From: Chitinivibrionales bacterium
GTDB taxonomy: Bacteria > Fibrobacterota > Chitinivibrionia > Chitinivibrionales > JANQEN01
NCBI GenBank assembly: GCA_028278335.1
Contig: JANQEN010000192.1
Span: 30,881 to 94,880, forward strand
Direction: 5' to 3'
Length of the DNA: 64,000 bases
The position numbers were made by a program, and so were the translations under genes. Every line of letters begins with the position of its first letter. Within the stretch, counting starts at the first letter, position 1. Shown here in pieces: positions 56,684 to 64,000 of this stretch. Under the pieces are notes generated by a model. It was not told where the DNA came from, did no database searches, and saw only the letters and a program-made list of their open reading frames with translations.

Positions 56684-56902
56684 ATGTCAGAATCGTTGAT
56701 GGAACTTGATGTGGAAATGTTAGAAAAAAGAGGGATTGACCGTTACAAAGCTGTGATAATGGCCGCCCAGGAAGCACGTTTTATTAATGATCAGATCAGA
56801 CTTGACATTATTGAACCAACAGACAAGCCAACCACCATGGCTTTGCAGAGACTCTACGAAGGCCGTGTGGTAGAAAATACAGAAGAAAAACCTGTAGATT
56901 AG
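56684..56902 (+). CDS. rpoZ: RNA polymerase omega subunit
   Basis: DRYKAVIMAAQEAR...KPTTMAL; located between yicC and coaBC. Confidence 0.8.
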   Translation: MSESLMELDVEMLEKRGIDRYKAVIMAAQEARFINDQIRLDIIEPTDKPTTMALQRLYEGRVVENTEEKPVD

Positions 56903-56997
56903 TTTTAGCTAATTACATAGTCACAACACACACCGTTATAATGCTTTTTCTCTGTTCATGCCTAGCATGAATTTACACAAGAAAATCAGTCAGCATT

Positions 56998-58191
56998 ATG
57001 AACAAAAAAAAACTCCGTCTTCTTATTGGGGTAAGTGGAGGAATTGCAGCCTATAAGATTCCTCTCCTTATTCGTCTATTGCAGAAACATGCTGTTGAAA
57101 TAAAAGTTGTCCTCACTCAATCATCGCGCTCCTTAGTGGGAGAAGAGGCCCTTCGAGTTCTGTCAAAAAACCCAATCTATACAGATGATTCCAATGCAGC
57201 ATATGATATGGACCATATCAGGTTGGCAGAATGGGCTGATGTTATGCTTATCGCTCCAGCCACAGCTAATACTATCGCAAAAATTGCCCATGGTATCGGA
57301 GATAATCTTCTAACAACATTGGTTCTTTCCTTTGCAGGTCCAACACTCATTGCTCCTGCCATGAACACCGTTATGTGGCAAAAGCCCGTTACGATTGATA
57401 ATATTTCCCTTTTGGAAAGTCGTGGCTTTACGCTACTTCCCGTAGGTACCGGTGCCTTAGCCTGTGGCGATGATGGTCCCGGTCGTATGATCGCTTTAGA
57501 ATCGATCGTTGATTTTGTGATGCATGCTGATCTACCACCAGTGCTCAAAGGCAAACATTTTCTTATTGCGTCGGGGCCCACTGTTGAACCTCTTGATCCT
57601 GTCCGGGTGATCTCTAACCGCTCCTCAGGAAAGATGGGAGCAGCTTTGGCATCCGTAGCTCTATGCATGGGTGCACAGGTCACCGTTGTAACCGGTCCCA
57701 CTTCTGTTGAGCTTCCTGAGGGGGTAACACGGATTGATGTGGCAACAGCTCAGGAAATGTCTTTGGCATTGCACAAGCATTTTGATCAGGTGGATGTTTG
57801 CATTATGGCTGCGGCAATTAGTGACTTTCGTCCTAAAAAATCACAGACAACTAAGATTGACAGAGAGAAATCTGAAGAGTTATCTGTTGAACTTGTTCAA
57901 AATGAGGATGTCGCCTATAGCCTATCCCATAAAAAGAGAGGCCAGTTTTTAGTGTGCTTTTCATTGGAAACAGAGAGTGGTCTAGAGCGAGCGCACAAGA
58001 AGATGGCAAAAAAAGGATGCGATGTAATGGTTTACAATAGGGTAGACACCTCTTTGGAAAAGGACTCCTCTGAAATAACCATACTCTATAAAGATAAAGA
58101 AGCCAAACAATACGCACCTATGAGTAAGAGTGACTGCGCCAAAGCAATTCTTAAGGAGATTGCAGCAGAAAAAGGTCTGCTTCATGAGTAA
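56998..58191 (+). CDS. coaBC: Bifunctional phosphopantothenoylcysteine decarboxylase / phosphopantothenate--cysteine ligase
   Basis: GVSGGIAAYK, APATAN, APAMN, LACG, DPVR-ISNRSSGKMG and AAISDF. Confidence 0.95.
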   Translation: MNKKKLRLLIGVSGGIAAYKIPLLIRLLQKHAVEIKVVLTQSSRSLVGEEALRVLSKNPIYTDDSNAAYDMDHIRLAEWADVMLIAPATANTIAKIAHGIGDNLLTTLVLSFAGPTLIAPAMNTVMWQKPVTIDNISLLESRGFTLLPVGTGALACGDDGPGRMIALESIVDFVMHADLPPVLKGKHFLIASGPTVEPLDPVRVISNRSSGKMGAALASVALCMGAQVTVVTGPTSVELPEGVTRIDVATAQEMSLALHKHFDQVDVCIMAAAISDFRPKKSQTTKIDREKSEELSVELVQNEDVAYSLSHKKRGQFLVCFSLETESGLERAHKKMAKKGCDVMVYNRVDTSLEKDSSEITILYKDKEAKQYAPMSKSDCAKAILKEIAAEKGLLHE

Positions 58192-58951
58192 TAGCAGCCT
58201 AAAACTCGCGGCAACTTACTTTCGTCAGCAAGCTGAACTGTCAATTCCAGACTACATTTTTTATAACACCAAGCAAGTAGAAGAGCACTATCCTCATTCA
58301 AAAAAAGGAGAGCCAGAGCAACAAACAATACATGAGGCTTCGGGAAATTATGGTCACTCCGGGATGGATACTCGGGAGCAGTTGATCGAGCTGTATAACG
58401 AGGTAAAGGAGTGCTGTGCCTGCGATTTGAGCAAAAGTCGCAGGAATATGGTTTTTGGATCGGGCAATGCTTCGGCTCCGCTTATGGTGATTGGTGAAGC
58501 ACCGGGTTATGATGAGGATCAACAGGGAAAGCCCTTTGTGGGCAAGGCTGGTGCCTTGCTTACAAAAATGCTTGCGGCAATTAATATCGATAGAACCAAA
58601 GATGCCTTCATTACAAATATTTTAAAGTGTCGACCTCCAGAAAATCGAAATCCAAACCAGGTAGAGACCGTGGCCTGTGTACCGATTTTAAAGCGTCAGA
58701 TCAGTATCATTGCACCTTCGGTTATTCTTCTTTTAGGTAGAATTGCTGTACAAGAGCTTCTGATGCGAAAAGAAAGTATTGGCCAATTGCGTTCAGAAAT
58801 ACATACTTATAATAGTATACCCGTTGTTGTAACCTATCATCCGGCTGCTCTTTTAAGGAATGTACAGTATAAACGGCCAGCTTGGGAAGATTTACAAAAG
58901 TTGCAATCAATGCTACGGGAAAAAGGATTATATGGCAACAACGAAAACTAA
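58184..58951 (+). CDS. Family 4 uracil-DNA glycosylase (4Fe-4S)
   Basis: CCACDL, GEAPG, PFVGKAG, KCRPPENR and YHPAALLR; ATG at 58184. Confidence 0.92.
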   Translation: MSNSSLKLAATYFRQQAELSIPDYIFYNTKQVEEHYPHSKKGEPEQQTIHEASGNYGHSGMDTREQLIELYNEVKECCACDLSKSRRNMVFGSGNASAPLMVIGEAPGYDEDQQGKPFVGKAGALLTKMLAAINIDRTKDAFITNILKCRPPENRNPNQVETVACVPILKRQISIIAPSVILLLGRIAVQELLMRKESIGQLRSEIHTYNSIPVVVTYHPAALLRNVQYKRPAWEDLQKLQSMLREKGLYGNNEN

Positions 58952-60341
58952 AGAGGTACTCCTATCTTCAAAAGTGCCACCTCAGGCCCTTGATATCGAG
59001 CGGACCGTGTTGGGCTCCATTCTTATAGATGCTAATGCCATGGATACTGCTATGGAGCTACTGAATGATGAGTGCTTTTATGCAACCGCTAATAGGCACA
59101 TTTTCCATTGTATTAGAAATATGTACAAGGATGATATCCCTGTTGATATTATAACCCTCACCGAGGAACTTCGTAAAAAGGAGCTCTTGGAGGCTATTGG
59201 AACAGAAGCGTATTTAAGTGAGTTGGTTGACAATGTGGCAACATCGGCAAACATTGCCTATCATGTTAAGATATTAGAATCAAAGGCACGGCTTAGAGAA
59301 CTCATTGCCACCTCTGCAGAGATCACCACTGACTGTTTTGACCCTGATGCCGATGCCAAAGCGCTTATTGATCAAGCTGAGGCGAAAATATTTAAGATTG
59401 CCGATAGTACGATTAAAAATAGGCCTGAGCCTATTCGTGATCTTTTGTCCCACACCTTTGAAGAGATTGAGATGTATAGTACCGAGGGTGGGATTAGTGG
59501 TGTAAAATCTGGTTTTACCAAACTTGACGAAATGATTACTGGATTTCATCCTGGTGATCTGGTTATTGTTGCTGCTCGGCCGGGTATGGGTAAAACCTCG
59601 CTCTGTCTTTCTATGTTACTCAATGCTTGCGTTCATGCAGAGCAAGCTACTCCAGGAATAATTTTTTCATTGGAAATGTCCAAGGCCCAACTGGTGCAAC
59701 GGATGCTTTGTGCAGAAGCAGAGATAGACATTCACCGTTTGCGTGCCGGAAAATTAAATAAGGCAGAGAGAAATCGTTTGGGGATTGCTGCTGGGCCACT
59801 CTACGAGGCCCCCATTTTTATTGATGATACTCCGGGGATTAACATTATGGAAATCCGGGCAAAATGCCGGCGCCTAAAAGCGCGGGAAAATCTTGGCCTT
59901 ATCATTATAGACTATTTGCAGCTTATGGGGGTAGTTGGCCGTTCGGAAAACCGGCAACAGGAGATCTCTCAAATTTCCCGTTCTCTTAAGGAAATCGCAA
60001 AAGAGCTTGGCGTTCCTATTCTTGCCTTGTCTCAGCTTTCCCGAGCTGTTGAACAACGAACAGGAAACCATCGGCCGCAACTCTCTGATCTTCGTGAGTC
60101 CGGTGCAATTGAACAGGATGCTGATCTGGTTCTCTTTATTTATCGTGAGGCTGTGTACTTAAGAAACAAAGAGGGTGGTACTGATACCGCCGAATATAAA
60201 GAGGTTGAAAATATTGCTGAATTGATAGTTGGAAAACAGAGAAATGGTCCCTGCGGAACGGTCAAAGTCTCTTTTATAGATCAGTTTGCTAATTTCAGAG
60301 ACCTTGACATTATCCACTCCGACGACGATGAAAGGTTTTAA
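58932..60341 (+). CDS. dnaB: Replicative DNA helicase
   Basis: AARPGMGKT, FSLEMS, IDYLQL, LSQLSR, DLRESGAIEQDAD and KQRNGP; ATG at 58932; no intein. Confidence 0.97.
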   Translation: MATTKTKEVLLSSKVPPQALDIERTVLGSILIDANAMDTAMELLNDECFYATANRHIFHCIRNMYKDDIPVDIITLTEELRKKELLEAIGTEAYLSELVDNVATSANIAYHVKILESKARLRELIATSAEITTDCFDPDADAKALIDQAEAKIFKIADSTIKNRPEPIRDLLSHTFEEIEMYSTEGGISGVKSGFTKLDEMITGFHPGDLVIVAARPGMGKTSLCLSMLLNACVHAEQATPGIIFSLEMSKAQLVQRMLCAEAEIDIHRLRAGKLNKAERNRLGIAAGPLYEAPIFIDDTPGINIMEIRAKCRRLKARENLGLIIIDYLQLMGVVGRSENRQQEISQISRSLKEIAKELGVPILALSQLSRAVEQRTGNHRPQLSDLRESGAIEQDADLVLFIYREAVYLRNKEGGTDTAEYKEVENIAELIVGKQRNGPCGTVKVSFIDQFANFRDLDIIHSDDDERF

Positions 60342-60343
60342 CC

Positions 60344-61147
60344 ATGATGACGCCACTCTTTACCGGACCGGGTAGATTATTCTGGGGAGTGGTAGATACA
60401 GTATGTCTTTTTTTACGACACGTTACCTATATCTCTGATTTAACCTGGAAAACCTGTTGCCGCGTTCATCTTCTTTTTAAAAACATTAATCTTACACTTC
60501 ACCAAATGTTTGTTATAGGTGTGGAATCACTCCCTTTGGTTGTAGTTACTTCCATTTTTGTGGGTGGGGAGACTGTTGTGCAAGCGAATTTTCTCTTTGC
60601 AGGCATGGTTCCATTACGATATTTAGGATACGCGGTGAGCAAATCCTTGGTTACAGAACTCTGTCCCGTTATAACCAGCTTTGTTGTGGCAAGTCGCATT
60701 GCAACAGCCATTGCAGCAGAAGTTGGTTCGATGAAGACCAGTGAACAACTTGATGCCATGACCTGTTTGAGTTTAGATTCGATTCGATACCTTATCGTAC
60801 CCAAGGTTGTGGCCAGTGTAATCATGATTCCCGTATTGGTAATATTTTCTGAATTGTTAGCTTTTGCAGCATCGGTGATCACAGCAATTTTATTTGTAGA
60901 TATTACCATGCATCAATATCTCTCTGGCTTAAGGCTCTTTTTCTCAGTACCCCATATGATGATCGGCATTTCAAAGACAACAGTCTTTGGAGCGATTATC
61001 GCTTTTACCGGGGCTCACTTTGGCTTTCAAGCTCGAAAGGGTGCGCAAGGTGTGGGAGAGGCAACGACACGAGCTGTCATGGCCTCTATGGTATTGATCT
61101 TATTTTTTGACTTTCTTATGGCCTTTTTAACCTTACGAAGTATTTAG
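60344..61147 (+). CDS. mlaE: MlaE family ABC transporter permease
   Basis: EL-PVIT, AAEVGSMKTSEQLDAM and GAQGVGEATT motifs. Confidence 0.88.
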   Translation: MMTPLFTGPGRLFWGVVDTVCLFLRHVTYISDLTWKTCCRVHLLFKNINLTLHQMFVIGVESLPLVVVTSIFVGGETVVQANFLFAGMVPLRYLGYAVSKSLVTELCPVITSFVVASRIATAIAAEVGSMKTSEQLDAMTCLSLDSIRYLIVPKVVASVIMIPVLVIFSELLAFAASVITAILFVDITMHQYLSGLRLFFSVPHMMIGISKTTVFGAIIAFTGAHFGFQARKGAQGVGEATTRAVMASMVLILFFDFLMAFLTLRSI

Positions 61148-61160
61148 CAGGAATTGACTC

Positions 61161-62000
61161 ATGCTAAAAATCGAACACCTAAAAAAACATTTTGGTTCTA
61201 AAGTTGTTTTACGAGATGTAAACCTTAATGTTGATAAGGGAGAGGTGGTTGCCATTATTGGTCAGTCGGGCCATGGGAAGAGTGTGATTTTAAAAAATAT
61301 CATGGGACTGATGCTACCCGATGGCGGTAGAATACTCTTCGATAATGAGATTATTTCTTCACCCACAAAAAAAAGCAGTGACTTTGAAAAGGTTCGTAAG
61401 CGATTTGGCATGCTTTTTCAAGGAGCTGCGCTATTTGACTCAATGACTGTCGGGGAAAATATCGCTTTTCCGCTTAGAGAACATACTACCGAGCCCGAAG
61501 AGTCGATTAATAAAACGGTAGCCAATGTATTAGAAATGGTTGGGCTTCGGGGTATCGAAAATGTTATGCCAGCAGAGCTTTCCGGTGGTATGCGCAGCAG
61601 GGTTGGGCTTGCTCGAGCTATAGCCATGGAACCAGAAGTTATGCTTTACGATGAGCCGACCTCGGCCCTTGATCCGATTATGTCCGATAAAATCAATGAC
61701 CTCATCATCGACTTGCGGGAAAAGCTAAAGATGACTTCCATTGTGGTGACTCACGATATGGCATCGGCCTATAAAATTGCCGATAAAATTGCTATGCTCC
61801 ATGATGGAAAAATAATTTTTCACGGAACTCCTGCAGAGATCCGTGCCTCGCGAAATCCCTACATTCAACAATTTATTAGAGGTCAAAGAAAACTCTACTA
61901 TGCTGTAAAGGATGAGGAGTCATATGAGAAAACCTTTGACCTTAATAAAATTCGCACTGGATCAGTTCAACCTAAAAAAAGAGGTAAATTCGACTTTTAA
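61161..62000 (+). CDS. mlaF: MlaF family ABC transporter ATP-binding protein
   Basis: GQSGHGKS, FQGAALFDS, LSGGM, YDEPT and VTHD motifs. Confidence 0.9.
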   Translation: MLKIEHLKKHFGSKVVLRDVNLNVDKGEVVAIIGQSGHGKSVILKNIMGLMLPDGGRILFDNEIISSPTKKSSDFEKVRKRFGMLFQGAALFDSMTVGENIAFPLREHTTEPEESINKTVANVLEMVGLRGIENVMPAELSGGMRSRVGLARAIAMEPEVMLYDEPTSALDPIMSDKINDLIIDLREKLKMTSIVVTHDMASAYKIADKIAMLHDGKIIFHGTPAEIRASRNPYIQQFIRGQRKLYYAVKDEESYEKTFDLNKIRTGSVQPKKRGKFDF

Positions 62001-62026
62001 TAAATGAGCATGGGATCGAGTCCAAA

Positions 62027-62872
62027 TTATCTAAAATCTGTAATTTGTTGACAGAGTGGCACTCTGACAGTTTGTGGATATCCCGAAATAGACTGAGACA
62101 CTCGGTGTTTTAGATAGGCAATTTTATGTGGTCCTGTGTATGCTTTTGTTTGTGTGGCAATTTCCTTTTCAATCTGTTGTGCCTTTTTGTAATTCTTCTG
62201 CTTAAGGCAAGTTTCTAAGGAAACATAAAGTGCCGGGATGCAATTAGCAAAGGCACTGACAAAACCAACAGCCCCTTTTTTGGTTGGACTGACAATCGTT
62301 TTGTCGCTACCAACAAAATACCGGCTACTACATGGAATCAACGAAAAGTCTTTGGAGGAGTCCTTTATTGCAAAGTGCTTTACCGATGAAAGTATGTCAG
62401 GCGTAATTGGATTCTTTGTGTTGGCTGTATAATTATAAAGAATAAAGGGAATTCTGGTAGATTTTTGCATTTGATTAAGAAACTCTATAACTCCCTCCTT
62501 TGGCAACCCTGCTGGATAAGAGGGTGGAAGGGTTACAATTGCATCAGCGCCAACATCTTGGGCCGATTGAATTTTATTGATACCTTCTTTGACACAGTTG
62601 GTGTGGATATGATAGAGTATAGTCCCAGAAAAGATGGAACGCACCAATTTGAGCAGGCGCAACTGTTCATTTTGGGTCATTGCATAAAATTCACCGGTGG
62701 TGCCATTAACCAAAATCGATTTCACCCCTGAAGAGCTAAGGAATCTCAGATGTTTTTTAAGCATAGAGGGGCTGATTCCATTTTTTTCAGTAAAGGGCGT
62801 AAGCAAGGCAACTATGAGCCCGCTCAATTTAGTAAGAGGTTTGCGTTTATCGATAGTTTTTTGATGTTGCAT
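62027..62872 (-). CDS. Dihydrodipicolinate synthase (DapA/NanA) family aldolase
   Basis: ALLTPF, GTTGE, LYNY and Schiff-base Lys in IKDSS; divergent, so substrate is uncertain. Confidence 0.75.
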   Translation of the reverse strand: MQHQKTIDKRKPLTKLSGLIVALLTPFTEKNGISPSMLKKHLRFLSSSGVKSILVNGTTGEFYAMTQNEQLRLLKLVRSIFSGTILYHIHTNCVKEGINKIQSAQDVGADAIVTLPPSYPAGLPKEGVIEFLNQMQKSTRIPFILYNYTANTKNPITPDILSSVKHFAIKDSSKDFSLIPCSSRYFVGSDKTIVSPTKKGAVGFVSAFANCIPALYVSLETCLKQKNYKKAQQIEKEIATQTKAYTGPHKIAYLKHRVSQSISGYPQTVRVPLCQQITDFR

Positions 62873-62919
62873 AAAATGAAATAATTATCAATGGTTGTTT
62901 CAAATAGTAAAATATTATC

Positions 62920-63627
62920 CTAAGAGTTTTTTGATAGAAATGATGCCAACGCCTCAGCTAAGGCTAAATCTGCCGGTGTTGTTATTTTAAAGTTCCGCTC
63001 ATCACCCCATGCAAAAGCAATAGGAATATTTGATTGCTCCATGAGCATGGCTTCGTCTGTTGGTGGTGTTTCTAATGTTTTAGCTCGATCAAATGCCTTT
63101 AAAAGATCTTTTTTATTGAATAGCTGCGGAGTACCAACACGAAGTAGTTTAGATCGATCAACCGTTTCTAAACAGCGATCTTTTTCAAAGGTTCGGATGG
63201 TATCAGATACAGAGGTTGCTGTAATTGCACAGCGAAATGAGTCGCTTTTCAATAAAAGTTCGTCAATGACCGCATGGGTCACAAAGGGGCGGGCTGCATC
63301 ATGGATTAAGAGCCAATCGCTTTGCTTGGTCGCTAAAACACCCTCTTGTACAGATTGCCATCGCTCTTTTCCGCCGGGGACGATTGTGCAGGGCTTGGAA
63401 AGTTTCAAGGCGTTGATACTGATCTGCGCCTCCTCCTGTGATTCTTTGGGCACCACAAAAACAGTCTCCTGAACAGAGGAGTGTGTATCAAAGGTAAGGA
63501 GTGAATAACTAAAAAGTGGCTTGTTCTGCAGAGAAATAAAGGCCTTTGGCCTATTGGCACCAAGTCGTGTTCCCATCCCTCCTCCAACAATGACAGCAGA
63601 AACTAAGGGTAGATTTGTTGATTTCAT
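62920..63627 (-). CDS. ispD: 2-C-methyl-D-erythritol 4-phosphate cytidylyltransferase
   Basis: GGGMGTRLG, GGKERWQSV, IHDAARP, TPQLF, TDEA and NFKITTPADL; likely start ATG 63627 because the ORF-track extension overlaps dnaG. Confidence 0.92.
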   Translation of the reverse strand: MKSTNLPLVSAVIVGGGMGTRLGANRPKAFISLQNKPLFSYSLLTFDTHSSVQETVFVVPKESQEEAQISINALKLSKPCTIVPGGKERWQSVQEGVLATKQSDWLLIHDAARPFVTHAVIDELLLKSDSFRCAITATSVSDTIRTFEKDRCLETVDRSKLLRVGTPQLFNKKDLLKAFDRAKTLETPPTDEAMLMEQSNIPIAFAWGDERNFKITTPADLALAEALASFLSKNS

Positions 63628-63704
63628 AAACAGATTACCTCTACAAGGAAGGGGATTACTAAGTATGTTCGTCATAAAAATAGGACGAACCATCTCATTT
63701 GGCA

Positions 63705-63753
63705 AACCCGGATTTGTCCAATGTGCATCTACTCCTATTGTAGAATCGAGGAT
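63705..63753. repeat. Degenerate, internally deleted remnant of MITE family 1
   Basis: AACCCGGATT left end; TGCATCTACTCCTA is identical to 10152-10165 and is followed by a decayed right end (TTGTAGAATCGAGG). Confidence 0.5.
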
Positions 63754-63810
63754 AAAACTATTTTTGATACAACGGTGTATGTGGTATGATAAATCTTTTA
63801 TGGGTGGTAC

Positions 63811-64000
63811 ATGAATCACCAATTTCAACAGGACCGGTCTGAGGTCAAAGAATCGATTCGAGAGCGCTTGGATATTGCCCAGGTTGTGGGGCGATATGTA
63901 AAGCTTAAATCTGCTGGGCATAATTTAAAAGGGCTCTGCCCTTTTCATAAAGAGAAGACTCCCTCCTTTGTAGTCAGTCCCGATAAGGGTATGTACCACT
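63811..64000 (+). CDS. dnaG: DNA primase N-terminal zinc finger, 3'-truncated by the window edge
   Basis: [63 protein letters not shown], a CHC2 zinc-finger start; absent from the ORF track. Confidence 0.92.
   Translation, partial: MNHQFQQDRSEVKESIRERLDIAQVVGRYVKLKSAGHNLKGLCPFHKEKTPSFVVSPDKGMYH

Noticed and set aside
63628-63921. 98-aa N-terminal extension of IspD in the ORF track
   Set aside because: It is antisense to the dnaG start and crosses the intergenic region; ATG 63627 gives a normal-length IspD.

Overview
64 kb of mostly core chromosome from a moderately AT-rich diderm bacterium. The lipid A acyltransferase and MlaEF point to an outer membrane; DivIVA, PPDK and type-2 IleRS suggest Fibrobacterota/Chitinivibrionia or a similar anaerobe (inference). 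It holds the AT-rich end of a surface-polysaccharide locus, der-gpsA, miaA, several metallopeptidases, murA, TPM/LemA, gpmI-nadE, a dynamin-like GTPase, ppdK, a full bioBFHCDA operon, yggS-yggT-divIVA-punA-ileS, yicC-rpoZ-coaBC-udg-dnaB-mlaEF, ispD and the start of dnaG. I saw no rRNA, tRNA, CRISPR array, transposase or integrase. Most interesting signals: (1) a compact operon of an apparently catalytically dead GH57/DUF1926 protein, a STAS-TM-coiled-coil protein and a membrane-anchored lytic transglycosylase; (2) an FHA-TM-lytic transglycosylase fusion next to a CHASE2 sensor with no output domain; (3) modular MITE-like palindromic repeats lying between stop codons and terminators; (4) an unannotated 6S-like RNA; (5) an in-frame G12 tract in the O-antigen polymerase/ligase gene; (6) a Tat-type lipoprotein made of DnaJ-like zinc fingers. 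All family assignments come from reading motifs by eye, not from database searches.
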